A stretch of DNA of 64,000 nucleotides from NCBI GenBank assembly GCA_965113315.1, contig OZ220366.1; one strand, written 5' to 3'. A program made the position numbers and the translations under genes. The notes under the pieces were generated by a model. It searched no databases. It saw only the letters and a program-made list of their open reading frames with translations, and was not told where the DNA came from. The stretch comes from Podarcis vaucheri (lineage: Eukaryota). This document shows, piece after piece, positions 50,406 through 64,000 of this stretch; position 1 is the first letter of the stretch; every line of letters begins with the position of its first letter.

Positions 50406-52097
50406 CTATAAAAATGATGTACTTTTAAAAACACAAAACTGGAGAAAAGTAAAATAGCTGAAAAAGAAAGTATCTCTAGTTTTCGAAACACCTAAGACCA
50501 CTGAGATAATTAGAATTTTAAAATATAATGATTGATTCTGATCTAATGCCAGAACATGGTTTGCCCTAACTATAGCTTATACTCCAAATGATAATTTGCA
50601 TTCCAGAGGTTCAGACAAACAATTATTTGGGGTTACTTTCTCCTCCTGCCTTTCCCAAGAATCCCCAGATATTATCCAAACAGTGGTCTCTTCAAAGATC
50701 CTTTAGAAAAAGGCAAAGGATTTATACGATCTGAAGAGAAACCAGAGTATATGAACTTTTCAAAAATCCTGGTTTGGTGGACATTCACAAACCATGGATT
50801 GATGGCTGGTGGTGCTACAGGCATTATGACAAGCCATGGTTTGGCAAGGTATCTGAACTATCCTGCTCCATTTAAAATCTTTAGGTGGAATCTTAACTTT
50901 GAGTGTCAGTTTTTTTACAAACAGAAAACTTTTGGGAGTAGCCACAGTTTATCCAGATATTGAAGGTGAAAGTCAAGTGAGAAAAAAGGAATGTAACTTT
51001 TATGAAAAGGTATTCCAAAACATATGTTGTTAGTCTGCACTCCATGAGCTGTGACACAGTACTAATTCAAGACTACCTTTTGCATAACCTAGGCAGAATA
51101 ACAACACAAGGAAGTGTTATGCCATGTCTTCAAATGGTTCCTACATTTCTGGGTTTGGATTCTACAAGATTACAACATGCCATCTGTCACCAAGCAGGCA
51201 ATTTGTCTCCAAAAAAGCTCCTATCTCCAGTGCCAACATCCAGTTTAATCTTCTGCCCTGTAGTATTCTGAGATAGCAACCATATTAATTAGAGAAAGGC
51301 TTCCAAAGCATCATCATGCACAGCTGTCTTAGAGAATTGGCTAGGTTAATAAACTACCAGTTTTTGGCCTTTTCAGCTCTTTTTGCAGCATAAGCTTATG
51401 AACAAAGGCCTCTTAGGTACTGATTGCAAAGGCCTAAAAGCCCATTTTAACCAAAGCCTGAGCTGAAGTTGCTCCAAAGCAAAAACTTTCTGCTGTAAAT
51501 AGTGCCTTGCAAAAAAAATAAATAAATAAAAAATTAAAAAAAAATACTGCACAGGGATGGAATGATAAGGTGACTCTGGCTTGTTTTACCATGGGAAACT
51601 GCCAACTCAAGATAAACATATAAACACAGTAGCCACTTCAAAGTTCAAGATTCATTATACCCTGGCACTTGAGATTTAAGAAATATAGCATGCTAAAGTC
51701 AAAGGCAGCTGTATGTTATCTTTTAGAATTTTTTGATAAAGAGATGAACGTAGTATTAAATAAAAGTAGTGGCTGAATCAGAGAAGCTTGAGAAAATAGA
51801 ACAACTTTCAGTAGATATGTGTTGCTGCCTTTGAAAACTCTATAAGCTATTGGTCATAAGGAGACTAGCTTCAGCTGCTCGACATGAACGCTGCTCAGGG
51901 TTTAGCTGCTCAGGGGTACAGAAGGTTTACAAACGGCCTTTTAAGTTTCAAAATTAGTCAGCATGCAGGAATTAGGGGCAGAGGGTGGTGTACACTCTTG
52001 ACAGGCAGGTGTTTGGTCGAGAGGGTCAAACCATTGGGTCAACTGTTGGACTGTGCATGCGTGATAATGATATGTGAAAGGCATGCATGAATAGTGT

Positions 52098-52500
52098 TAT
52101 AGAATCAAAGAACTGCGGAATTGGCAAGGACCCTGAGGTTTATCTCTTCCAACCCCCTGTGATGCAGGAATAATACATGACAGATGACCACCCAACTTCT
52201 GCTTAAAAATATCCAAGGAAGGAGAGTCAACCACCTCCTGAAAAAGTCTGTTCCACTGTCCAACAGCTCCTACTGTCAGAAAGTTTATCCTGATGTTTAG
52301 TTCATTTCTTGTAACTTGAAGCCATTTGTTTGGGCCCTAACCACTTTAGCAGGGGAAAACAATCTTACTCCATCTTCCTTTATATATTTGAAGATAGTTG
52401 TCATATCTGCTCTCAGTCTCCTCTTTACCAGGCTAAACATACCCAACTCCCTCAATTGTTCCTCATAAAGCTAGGTTTCCAGACCCTTTATCATCTTGGT
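52098..52500 (-). mobile_element. CR1 LINE 3' fragment
   Basis: atagaatc-type tail; ttccactgtc...actgtcagaaagttt.tcctgatgtttag CR1 motifs in reverse orientation. Confidence 0.8.
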
Positions 52501-52561
52501 CTGTGCATATTACGGCCATCATGTCGGCATCACCATTCACCAGCCTATCTACTTTCCTCTT

Positions 52562-52564
<3 letters not shown>

Positions 52565-52598
<34 letters not shown>
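52565..52598. repeat. (AC)n microsatellite
   Basis: Directly visible. Confidence 0.96.
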
Positions 52599-52602
<4 letters not shown>

Positions 52603-54058
52603 AGCACACTCCACATTAAGGAACATTATAGGAACCAAGGCAAGCATAGAAAGATGAAAGAGTGAGACTATGCAAATATTTTCTTTTATTTATTTTTATT
52701 CCCCAAGGCTGCTAAGCACCACCAGCAACAATGGAAACAACATAACAAAGCACACAATTTATACAGCAGCATCAAGCAGCACAGCAAATAAATTTTAAAT
52801 GATGCGAAGAAAAATATTTCACTACTCAAACCTAAGTGCAATGAAACAGCACTGGCTTTATTAGTGGCTCTTAATACAATAACCAGCACTTTTAAAATGG
52901 GCTTTGAAATGAACTGGAAGCCAATACAGCAGAAGTTACCTGGGGCGGGGGGAAAACCTTTGGCATTTTGCACCAACTGATTTCTGAATACTTTTCATAG
53001 GCAGCCCCATGCCAAATGCAAGTAACACAATATGAAAGTGATTAAGGCACACCTGACATGTGTAGAACATAGCTAGATCTGCCTTCAAATGGTTCCTACT
53101 GACTTCAAATTGTACAGATAAGCTGAAGTCTTGGTGTCGGTTAATAAGGGATCATATCTGACCTCTTAAGACACTGGAACCAGCAGGAAACATGTTTTTA
53201 TCTCTGTGGTGTTTCGCCTTCATGGTAACCATAAGTTCATACTGTTCTTTTCTACTGTATTTATTTATTGCATTTATATACTGCCTTTTGACCAAGCTGC
53301 CCAGGGTGGTTTGCAATTTAAGATATTAAACATAAGCAAGCAGTACAAAATATTCACAAGCTGACTTTGGGAGCAGATGCAACTATCTTCTTGGCCTGGG
53401 TTTCCTGTCTGATACTTTCTCTCAGGGCATAGTAGGTCCAATGTTCCCTAGTGGTTATGTGCTACCTAGCCTGGGTATATACGTAAACGGCTGCCATTCA
53501 TTCCTATCAAGAAGAGTATAAACCAATTTGGGGACAACAAACCTGCCTACACCCACAACAGGAACTTATGGGAAGAATGGTATGCCCCTCCTTCAGGCAA
53601 CTCCAAGGTTATGGTGGACCAATGTTTCTCATCATCACTAAAACAAAAACAAAAACCCAAAGCACCAGATTCAAAAGGGAAAGAGGCAACACAGAGCACT
53701 ACTTAAGCTGCTCTTCCCTACTTCAAATGCAACACCTGAGATGGGTGGGGAATGGAAACATTTTTCATCTGCTTCTCAGAGCCTGGAAACAATGTTTTGT
53801 TTAGGGAGGAGAAGCAGCAAGACTTGGAAACCTAACTTGCCTCTACCATGTCAGTAGATGCTGTGATGGACAAACGAGTAGGCAGAGGAGGTGGACGAAG
53901 GGCTGGGATTCTCAGTTGCTTCCCTCTTCCCTCCCCAAGCTTGAAAGACTCTTATTGAGTCAAAATCTAAGACAGAACACACATTAGTCACAGTCCTTTC
54001 AGATTAGATGGCTTTCAAGTTTTGCCAGGAAATCAGCAGGCATGCATACTTCCAAGTA

Positions 54059-54291
54059 CAGTGGTACCTCGGGTTACAAACACCTTGAGTTACAAACACT
54101 TTGGGTTACAGACTCCACTAATCCGGAAGTAGGACCTCGGGTTAAGAACTTTACCTCAGGATGAGAACAGAAATCGCCCGGCAGTGGCGTGGCGGGCCCC
54201 ATTAGCTAAAGTGGTACCTCAGGTTAAGAACAGTTTCAGGTTAAGAATGGACCTCTGGAACAAATTAAGTTCTTAACCAGAGGTACCACTG
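54059..54291. mobile_element. Tc1/mariner (Tigger-like) MITE
   Basis: TIRs cagtggtacctcgggtta / taaccagaggtaccactg with TA on both sides. Confidence 0.9.
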
Positions 54292-55161
54292 TACTCTGAG
54301 GAAAGGACTCCCCGTCTGCAGAACTCTGCCCAGGCCACAAATACCCAAACCTACCTACAGCCTCCTGAACTGCTTTTGCCTGGCTATAATGTATAATGAA
54401 GTCTGTCCATGCCTCTCGTTTGCCAGAATGAATGATATTGGTCAATGGGTGGGGTGGATGTGAAACCACGGGCTTTTGTGTGGCTGGAAAGTTGCCTGCT
54501 GTGTGAAGGTAAGAGTCCCATCAATTGCTCCACCCACTTTGTCTCTACCCACATCTGCCTGTAGGCCTACTTGCCAATGACATGAAACCCCCATTAAGGG
54601 AACATTGCCCTCAGGCTGAAAAACATTTCTCACTCCAGCTCTAAAGAAATGGATTGCTCTTGCTCCTCCTAGGTAAGAATATTCACATTTCTCAGAAGAA
54701 AATAGAAATACAGACATAGAATGGTGAAAACAAGCTCTATTTCCAGATATGCCTACCATACAGGTTGACACATAGAATGATAGCTTTGATTCTTTGGAAA
54801 CCCAATTGAAAGTAGCCTACTAGTCCCATACGGTCAACTGGTCCCATCTATTATCCAGTTGTACAAAAAATGTCCATGTACTGTGAAATTATGTTTTAGG
54901 TCACAAAGACCTCTAAATGGCCATATGAGACACTGTGCAATGTGGGCCTACTCAGAGGGCATGTAAATCATCCTTTCTTATGTTGAGAGAGAAGTCACTG
55001 CTGCTCTTTCTAAAGCTTTGGTAGCCTCTATGCATACCTCCAAAAGAAGACACCAACCTTGCACTACTTTGTTGTTTCTGGTTTTGCCGACATAGTGCGG
55101 AGAGAGAGAAACCCTTTATATTACCTTCCAAATTTCAGAATTAAAAGAAAGAAATGTTTAC

Positions 55162-55256
55162 CTGATGAAGGTGTCCAAGGAAGGCCTGGGCTGTAGATAT
55201 TGCCCCCGCGGCAGGCACAGTCTGTTTCTGAAAGTCCAGGCCATTTGTCTGTGTGC
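55162..55256 (-). CDS. POU2F1: Oct-1 exon 3: (G)[31 protein letters not shown]
   Basis: AG/GT boundaries, 95 nt, phases 1/0. Confidence 0.97.
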
Positions 55257-55944
55257 CTGGGGATGCAAAGAAAGATATATTCTATTAAAATTACCCTCAA
55301 AAGTCAAGTCTGAAAAATCTGTAGATTCATTCACACCTTTGTTGCCAATTTATCTACGTGTCAGCAAGAGCAGTAATTCAGGGCCAATAAGCCTAAGTCA
55401 CCACCTTTTCACCTTATCGCCCCCCTGGGCTCAACAATCAACTGGCAGTACCTTCAAGACATGTAGAATCAAGTAGAATCAAGACACGTGTTATGGGGGG
55501 GAGAGAGAAAAGGGGCTAAGGCTCTATTAGAAAGATTTAGAAATGTTATAAAGATGAAAATGACAAGTTTAGCATGAGAGTAAATACTGGAAGAAAAGGG
55601 TAAAACAAAATCTAACATGGCCACACAAATTACAGGCTTGAAAAGAACATGAATAAAGAATACCACTGGGGTTAAGGGAGAAAAGGATAAGAGGAATGGA
55701 AAGAGATTAAGAATTTAGCATTGCTGAGCTTAAGTTCAATATGATGCTGGGTCATCCAAAATGTGACAGGGAAAAGCTAAAAGGTTGGCTTATGTCTAAC
55801 AATGTAAGACGGAGACAGCATGGAAGCAAAAATAGTATTGAATGTTGTCACTACATAAATGATATAGACTATGACAATATGTAAGCTCTGGTGTAATCCG
55901 ACCTCATGCCTTCAGAAAGAAGAGGAGGGTGGGCTTTGTTCCAA

Positions 55945-56972
55945 TACTGTTATTCCAATTCTAGAGGTTACCAGAGACAGAAGTCAGGCTATCCCTGTCC
56001 AGAAAGGGGCACATCTGAGCCACTAGCCAAAGTGGATAGAAGGCACTCTGCGCCACCAAGGTCACCTGAGCCTCAAGTGACACAATGGATCCAGATGTAC
56101 ACAAGAGCAGGTCACCTCCCACCCTCAAGTCTATGGAATTGCCCACTAACAGTGCCTTAGTCTAATCCAGATAGAGTTTCAGTTTATTGGCTCTCATCCA
56201 CTCCATTATTGAGGCAATGCAATGGTCCAGCACATCCACTACCACACCTGTAAAGAAGTACAGCTGTGTGTCATCAGCATATTGCTGACAATGAACTCCA
56301 AAACTCTGATGACCCCACTTGTGTAGATGTTAAACAGCATGGAGAATAAAATCGAAACCTGGAGAATCCTGCACTGAAGGCTCTACAGGGCCAAAGGGCA
56401 CTCCCCAAGGACTACCTTCTGGAAACACCATTCTAATAGGACCCAAACCACCACAAAGTGGTGGTGCCATCCACCCCAAACTCAGAGAGCTGCTCCAGAA
56501 GGATACCATGGTCGATGTTATTAAAGCCATTGAGAGGTTCAGAAGAATTAACAAGGACATATTTCCCTGTCTCTCTCCTGACATAGGTCATCGTACAGGG
56601 CAACCAAAGCTGTTTCTATGTTGAAATTCCGCAGAAACCCCAATTGAAAAGGAGCTAGAAAATCAGTTTCCTCCTAGAGTGCCTGGACATGATCTATGAC
56701 TACCTGATCAAGAACCTTGCCCAAGAAGGGGTAGTGGCAACTGGCCAGTAATTACCAGTAATTTCTGAATCCAGGGAGGGTTTCTGGAGAAGTGGTTTTA
56801 CCACTGTCTCCCTCAAGTCGACAGGGACCACACCCTCTCGAAGGGAGGCAAGAATCACCTCCCTGGCCCAGCGAGCTGTCCCCTCCCTGCTAGTTTTTAT
56901 CAGCCAAGGGGGGCAAAGGTCCAGAGCGCAAGCGGTCGTGCTGACCAATCCATGCACTTTGTCCACATCTAG
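55945..56972 (-). mobile_element. Degenerate L2 LINE RT fragment
   Basis: Minus strand reads TTACALDLCPPWLIK, VVKPLLQKPSLD and QYADDTQLYF (near 56290-56255); frameshifted. Confidence 0.88.
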
Positions 56973-59900
56973 GTATGTTTATTTTAAAAAACCCTGTTCA
57001 GTGTATTATTCGGCTTCATACTGTGCTTGTTTTGATAAAGGAAGAGTCAATATTATGTAAGTTGCTATGCCTTAAACTCAGGATACTAATAACATTTTTT
57101 AAAATTAAAAATCTGATTGTAATAATGCATTATAATAGTGATCTCAATTGTTGGAGTGTTGGACCTCATGCATCTATGGATAGGACGACTTATAGACTTG
57201 GGAGAACTCAAATTCCCCTGCCCCCTGAGACAGTGCAATGAGGTCTGAACCTGCTCAGGATACTGCACAGGATACTGGCTGAATGTTGGGAGAACAGAAA
57301 ATTGGGTGATTGGTGGGATACAACAGAGTATCCTGGAAAGAGGCATAACTGGAATGCTGAATAGCTGCAGACAGCAATGCAACAAATTTTGTTGCAGGTC
57401 CACTTCCTCATTCCAAATATATGGCAATATATCGGAGCAACGAGCAGGGAATTTCCCTTAGGAACATTTGGCCAGAGCCTATAAAAAACTGCAATGATTT
57501 CAAGAATTAGGACATACTAGTGATGCTTGGTATTAATGTGCTAAATAATCAGTTTTTAAATTATGCTGATTTAGAAAGTACAACTCTGTGGAATTATTCT
57601 ATGGAAACAAAGACTGGGGTAATAGCCACCCAAATTATACACAGAGTAAACTTACTGAAAACAATGGGCTAAGGGTATCACCCTAGAGGTTTAATGTATC
57701 AGTCACTGGTATAGAATTTTAATTCTATCATTTGACCTACTAAAGAAGAGGCAGGGAACTGGATCTAGCTGGAGGACCAGTAATAAGTATTTAGCCACAG
57801 CTTTTCACCTAACTTTGTGTTGCACAACGTTCTAAAAAGTTTCTTCCCCTCTGGAATCCCACAGGCTCTGAGACTGCTAGTTAGAAACCATGTGTGTGGT
57901 GGTCGTCCAATGATGTAAGGGCTCCTGCTCCATTGATGACTGCTGCTTTTAGGAGATAAAAAGAATAACCTACTTGGGGTTGTATTTAAATTAGGACATT
58001 GCTGCTTACCTGACAGAATTAACTACCGTTTCCTTCCACACACCCCATTTTGGGGGTTCTCCTGACTCTTCAGAGAAGATCTTGGGAAGGGGCAGGTGGA
58101 GGAGGGGTTTTCTGGTTATGCTAGAAGCATTGCTAGTGCAATGATTTAGTTGAATACAGCCCCAGGCTTTCCTAGCAGCAATCATAATCATGTGGATGCA
58201 ACCTAAAAGGCAGTTAAATTGACATAATGCCAATCTTCCATCATGGCCACCAGAAGATAACTACAATTTATTGAACCATCTTGGCTCTTACAACCTTGAT
58301 AAATAATATCAAACAGCTCTAGAAAACTGGCTGAAATCTCTCCTACACAGTACACAGCTGTAAAAGCAACATTACAGTATACACAGTGTTATTTCTCTAG
58401 AAAAAGAGCAACTCACCATGAACGCCTCCCTTGTTCTCTTATAATGACAATGGTGCCCACCTGAGAGGGGCCGGAACTGATTTCCGGTCAGTTTGGGCTG
58501 AAAAAAAGCCCTGTGTATACCTTCTCGCTTCCCCATTGAACTAGGGATTAGTAACTGAAGGCCCATGGGCAGAATTCAACCTGCATAATACTACCAGATA
58601 AATATTTTAAATAAATAAAATAGGCTATTACCAGTTCTTTATTGCCAAAGCCACCCCAGTATTGATTACATTAAAATCAGTGCAAAATACATATAGATAG
58701 AATGAACAACGATCTGCTGAAGAATTGAGTCTTCAGCTGGTGCAAAATCCTCAACAGAGTTTGCACGAACCTTATATGAGAAAGGAGGGAGTTTTATAAT
58801 CAGGGCATTGCTACTGATCCTAGAGATTGTGTCTATGTTCACACTTCAATTGGCACTTTAAATCAAAGAAGGATGCATAACAATTGTGTAACTTTCCAGC
58901 CGTGTTCGTACCAGTTAGGACAATAACAGGTAAACAGGTAAGGGAAAGAGGGGAAATAACATTTCCTAGTCCCATAATACTTCTACAGCTAATTTCAAGG
59001 AAAGACTTAGCAATGTTTCCACCTTTTCTCCCCACTCTCCTTTTGCAGCTTAACTCTTACTAGCCCAGTCTATTTGAGCCCAGGTAGAAAGTTATGAATC
59101 AGTCACAATTCAACTCAACGAGTAACATCAATGTTGGTGATACTTTCAAGGACTGAAGGGAGGAGAAAATATATTTCTCAGAGCTGAATAATCTGCTGAC
59201 CAATCAGGCTGCTTTACATTACACTAGACTAGGGGTGGGGGATTTCAGCAGCCAAACCCAGCTCTTCCAGCTTCTATATCTGACAGGGAACTTCAGACCC
59301 AGGGACCAAATATTGTCCCTCGACCCTGCCCAATCCTTATTTTGCACTATCCTCAAGTACTTTCAAGTTGTCTGGAATATGACCTTGGTCTACGATAGTG
59401 AGTTTTGCATGCCTGGACGGAAAATGTCTATGTTTATGTGCAAACCTCCAACTTTGTAAGGCTTGGACATAGCCTACTGCAAAAAGGTAATAGTGGTATC
59501 TGGGCACTTCTCACTTTTGCCTTCTGTCCACCAGTGGCATGTAGCCCCTAGAAGGCTGCCTACAACAGAATGCAATCCTCTAGCTGAAGGGCCCCCCTCC
59601 TCATCCCTGCACTGAATGCTTCAGAAGTAATATATAAACTATAACAGAGCAGAGGCAGCTGCAGTAAGGGAGAAATTGGCTGCTGCCAAAACAGCAGTGC
59701 CAGGTTGAATCCTCCCTCCTACCTTGCATAACAAATACAACAACCTCCCTTGTTCTGAGGTTATTGCTCTGCATTTTTCTGTTCCTACTCCACATTGTTA
59801 GTTTCTCCTAACCAGTGGTGGTGGTGCATTTCAGGAAATTAGTCCCAAACAACCAACATTTATTTCCCAATTCAATCACTCTTGCAGTTGAAAGTATTTC

Positions 59901-61390
59901 TGCAACACCAATGACCTCATCGTAAATATGTTTAAATTGTAATCCTAACACACAGGAAGAAAGTCCAACAGAATATTGTGAGACATATTTGTGAGTAAAC
60001 AGGTTAGAATGAGGTGGGAGCCTGCTTTCCTGGAATCATGGCTTCTTGTTCATTTTACTCACAATGTGAATATTGAAAAATAATGTTTATGATAATGGAT
60101 GAAGGAGTACCACAGTTGTTGACTACAGACAAAATTACTGCAAACTCATTTATAAAAGGATAACGTTTTCTCAATGAACCAACTACCTGCAAAACCTGTT
60201 TTCAAATGTATCATAAAGAGATTAACTAATACTTATATCTTCTTGTAAACTGCTTTCAGGGTTTTTCACAATCAAGTGGTGCATAAATTTAATGAAATAA
60301 AAATAAAATATCTTTCTTATCTAGCCTGTATTGGTACAAAAAGATTAAAAATGCAAAAACCACATTGGAATGGAATTACTATGAAATGAGAAAGTGGCTG
60401 TCATCCAGGGGGAAATGGTATGCCGTATGCTCAACGGAAATAGGGGACACAGTTACAATGTGAGAAAGAACTGGAAGCATGGAGAGGACATACAAGAACA
60501 GATGGCTCTGCAAACTCAACGATGGTAACAGATGTGCACACAAAATTAGGGCCCCATCCAAATGTATGGAAATTGCAGAAAGTAGATATTACCCTTTATG
60601 AACTCATATCACAACACCTCAATACTGTGTCAGTTTCTGTAAAAGCTAATCATTTTATATTTCAAAGGACACCAATGTCTTCAACAAAAAATTTTGGGAT
60701 GCACTGCTATCACTGGCAAAAACACTTCTGTGATAGGTTAAGGTCATAAGCAGCCACAGAATTTCATATCACCATCTTGAATTCATTTAGGGTCAAGAGG
60801 CAGGGTATATTTATTCATATTTAGAAGGCTACATGATCCCCAGGGAAGAAGACGAAGGTATCCTGCTTAATGAATGAGCTGTGACAACTACAATATTGAA
60901 GAAAGGGCCAATTAAGAAGTCATAAGGAAAATAAAACATCAGGAGCTCTAACACAGATACACCAGTATGAGTACCTGGTAGCTGTACTAGGAAAAAAGAT
61001 ACTGGGAATATCTAGCCCTTAAGTCATAGCAGATCAGTAGCTCATTGTACCCAGCTTCTACTCCATAGATAGTGGTGTTTTCATCCCTTATCAGCAACAC
61101 AAAAGTGCCAGGAAGTAGCTAACCAGTGTCACAGAATGCTGACTGCTTCCTAGATAGAACAGTCTCTCTAGTGCAAGAAGAAAATTCAGAGATGGGGATT
61201 TGATAAGAAAGAATATGAAAAGGGGATCTGCTAAGGCCAGCTCTTTGCTTGGAGGCTCCAGGACACAGTATCTATGATAATTACTAGTCCCCATTTACAC
61301 AGTACCAATGTATAGGTCCCATACAAAACAAACACTGAGTAAAGAACTAAGAAGTAAGTGCTGTTTCATATACTTAGAAAACACTACCAA

Positions 61391-61476
61391 GGCTGCAACC
61401 CTAACCCAACTTACCCGGGAGTAAGACCCAGTGAATTCAATAGGACTTATTTCTGATTATACACGGTTAGGATTTT
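61391..61476. mobile_element. Short palindromic MITE
   Basis: caaccctaacc...ggagtaagacccagtgaattcaataggacttatttc...ggttaggatt hairpin centred on gaattc. Confidence 0.6.
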
Positions 61477-61583
61477 ACTGTAACATACCATTCTTCAATG
61501 TATTATAAAACCAGACCAGAATAAAATTGTCCCTTCCAAATCCATGAATTCATTAGGAAATCACACCATTATTTTATTCTTAC

Positions 61584-61652
61584 CTGTGTCCCCATCACCA
61601 CTCTCCATTTTTACAGGTTTACTGGTTTCTGACGGAGTGTTCATTCTTGAGT
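61584..61652 (-). CDS. POU2F1: Oct-1 exon 2: (D)SRMNTPSETSKPVKMESGDGDT(G); internal ATG at 61644-61642
   Basis: taatgcag acceptor, gtaaga donor, 69 nt, phases 1/1; first exon(s) not identified in the window. Confidence 0.96.
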
Positions 61653-64000
61653 CTGCATTAGAAGCAACAGAAAATATGGTTTTAAAAATCCTACTCACAC
61701 CGTCCTCTTTACAGCACAAAACAGGACATTTTATATTGGTGAACAGGGGGCACTATAAACTGACCAAACTCAACTGATGGGTATGGACCCTGAAATATCA
61801 AAAGGAAATTAGGACACAGCAATGTATCACTGTAAGATACTATATATTGGATATAGTCAAAAAGCTAATTGAAAAAGGCATACTTGAGGTGCTTCATAAA
61901 AACAGACCAATTATGTTTGCTACATTTAGAAAAAAATAGTGTCCAAACCTGAAGGATTGTATTAAAATTTCATTTGGATTATTATCATAATTTTTGTCTG
62001 AATTCTTATAAAATTTCCCAAAGTTCTGCTTAGACCTCTGATCTGCCTCTCCTCACCCACCCTTTAGGTGTTTCCAGTGGTGCTGCTAGATCCTTTTCTA
62101 AACAGTACACAGGCATGTTGCCATGAGACTTCCATGCTACCACTATGTGATTACATGACTATGCTAAACTGAATATGATGGTGCATGATGGTGTTCAGGG
62201 TATATATAATTCATTGTATCAGACCAGGAACAACAGCATGGTGATGTCACTGTGCAATGGCAATACTACGGCAATGTAATAGCAATAAACTCTTTACAAG
62301 ACGTAGTTCTGGCAAAAGGAGAGACGCAACTTATCTGTTAAGACTTCTGAAACAGGATTTAAAAATGGAGGCTGGGGGATGAAAGGCTGCTGATAATAAG
62401 CGGCAAAAATAATCTAAACCACTGAAAACAATTTTGACAGGTCCTAGTCCTATCATTCACTGTGCTTTTCGTTATAGTCGTATCAAACTCCTTTTGAAAC
62501 TAAACTGATGCTTGTTAGTATGGTACTGAAAAAAAGCCATTGCTGATGCCAACAGATTTATTCTCATTACAGAATACCACCCACTCTTGGTCTTCTCCAA
62601 CTGGGATAAGCCTCTGAGTTTTTAATTACTACAACCCATGTGGACTCTTGTTGAATATTTTGTAAAAATAGGACACAAAACGTTCAACTAATTTTCTCCC
62701 TTGGAACACTGTAATTAATTTTTGTAAAATTCAATTTTTGTTGTAAAAGTTACCTTTTCGGGGGGGGGGGGTGTTTCATGAAAAGCACCACCTTCCTTTC
62801 TTTTGCAGCTATTTTCTGTGCCTGTTCACAACCATTGTTCACCTGACCTCTTGCTGAGTGATTTGGGGGTGGGGTTAAGCATGAAAAAGAGGGCACCACA
62901 GTTGTGAAAGCTGCCATCACACTGATATACACATCCTGTTGAAAGTAATGCAGAGGAATAACCACTGTATTTGGATGCTCACTTGGATTGTGACTCAGTT
63001 TATGTGGATTTTTTCACATCATGAATTTTCACAAAGGTAATGGCTCCCAGTTTTGGTGCACTAGTTAACTATTCACATCAAAAAGGATGACAAATCTCAC
63101 AACACACAACCTTAAACTGGTTTGAACATTCTCCCAGACTTTTCTAAAAGGCTACTGAAGAAACTAGAGTTAAATAGTAGTTAGTTATAGAAAAAATCTA
63201 TTTAAGTTGCCATACTAAAAGAACAGCCATCAATAGAAACAAGGAGACGGGGTACTACATTAGAATTACAGCAAATATTCACTAGCAAGGCTGGCAGATC
63301 CAAAACTACAAAGGTGGTGAGACAGATGAATACATATATTGTGGCAGATGGCAACAGATCATGGGAATGAGCAAACCAATATGCCAAAAATAGAATAAAA
63401 TTGTGAGCAACGACCAGATCCAGAGAAGACTGGACTATAAGAGAAAAGCGAAAGAAGAGGAAAGAAAGTTAAGCACCAGAAACCTGACTAAATTAATATA
63501 GTCAAAATAATTTGTTGCCTTTCCTAAACACACTATAGCCATAATCCAGGCAAGAAAGTACTTCAAATTTTTAGATATTCCCCCATGTAACAAGCAATCT
63601 AGGATTTCTCCAGCTCTGCTCATAATTAGCAATAGCAGAAAGAACCCCCTTCAACATTTCCGATTGTCAGATTTCACCTGTTGAAACTAAATCACTGATG
63701 TTTACAGAAAAGCATTTAACAATGGAATTTGGCAGTGAAGAATACATTATTGCATTCTTTACAATTTAGCTGATGCTAGAGTTAAAACATATGCCAGAGG
63801 TTAGGGTAACAGTATAGATGTGAAAGTATTATTAAGAAGTGCTGCAAAAGAAATCCATTTGTCATATCCTATTTCTTAAAGACATTTGCACCAGTCAAGC
63901 CTCAGAAACAGTAGGCAGGTAGGAAAGATTACTTCAGCAGCTACTGCTCCACCAACAATGCAGAATCTTTTCCTGTTGCATCATGCATGCAGTTATTTGC

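Noticed and set aside
62750-62965. Possible alternative first exon of POU2F1 (donor AAAAG|GTAACT at 62753, MKHPPPPK)
   Set aside because: The donor is phase 2 while exon 2 needs phase 1, and there is no resemblance to the Oct-1 N-termini I recall. A non-coding exon cannot be excluded without RNA data.
1-64000. CRISPR arrays, rRNA genes, prokaryotic operons
   Set aside because: None seen; the window is intron-rich vertebrate DNA.

Overview
Vertebrate genomic DNA from a squamate reptile, probably a lacertid lizard (inferred from Sauria SINE and Squam-type SINEs). Two genes converge tail-to-tail. On the + strand lie exons 2-8 of CD247 (TCR/CD3 zeta; 2411-11723, three intact ITAMs, exon 1 outside the window). 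On the - strand lie exons 2-16 of POU2F1 (Oct-1; 61652 down to the stop at 27121; 740 aa from the exon-2 ATG), followed by an inferred ~13 kb 3' UTR ending near 14180. Exon numbering follows the human genes as recalled. Introns carry L2, CR1 and Penelope retroelement relics, SINEs and DNA-transposon MITEs; there is one 140-nt assembly gap. The main finding is a + strand segment at 15592-15882, inside the POU2F1 3' UTR, that resembles the mouse CD3-eta alternative last exon. It has two candidate phase-0 acceptors 16 nt apart and a G11 run that sets the reading frame. This suggests the zeta/eta splice option and its antisense overlap with Oct-1, known from mammals, may also exist in reptiles. 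The lizard zeta chain also ends in a PPxY motif, which an eta-type splice would remove. Comparisons with mammalian proteins are from memory and need alignment.
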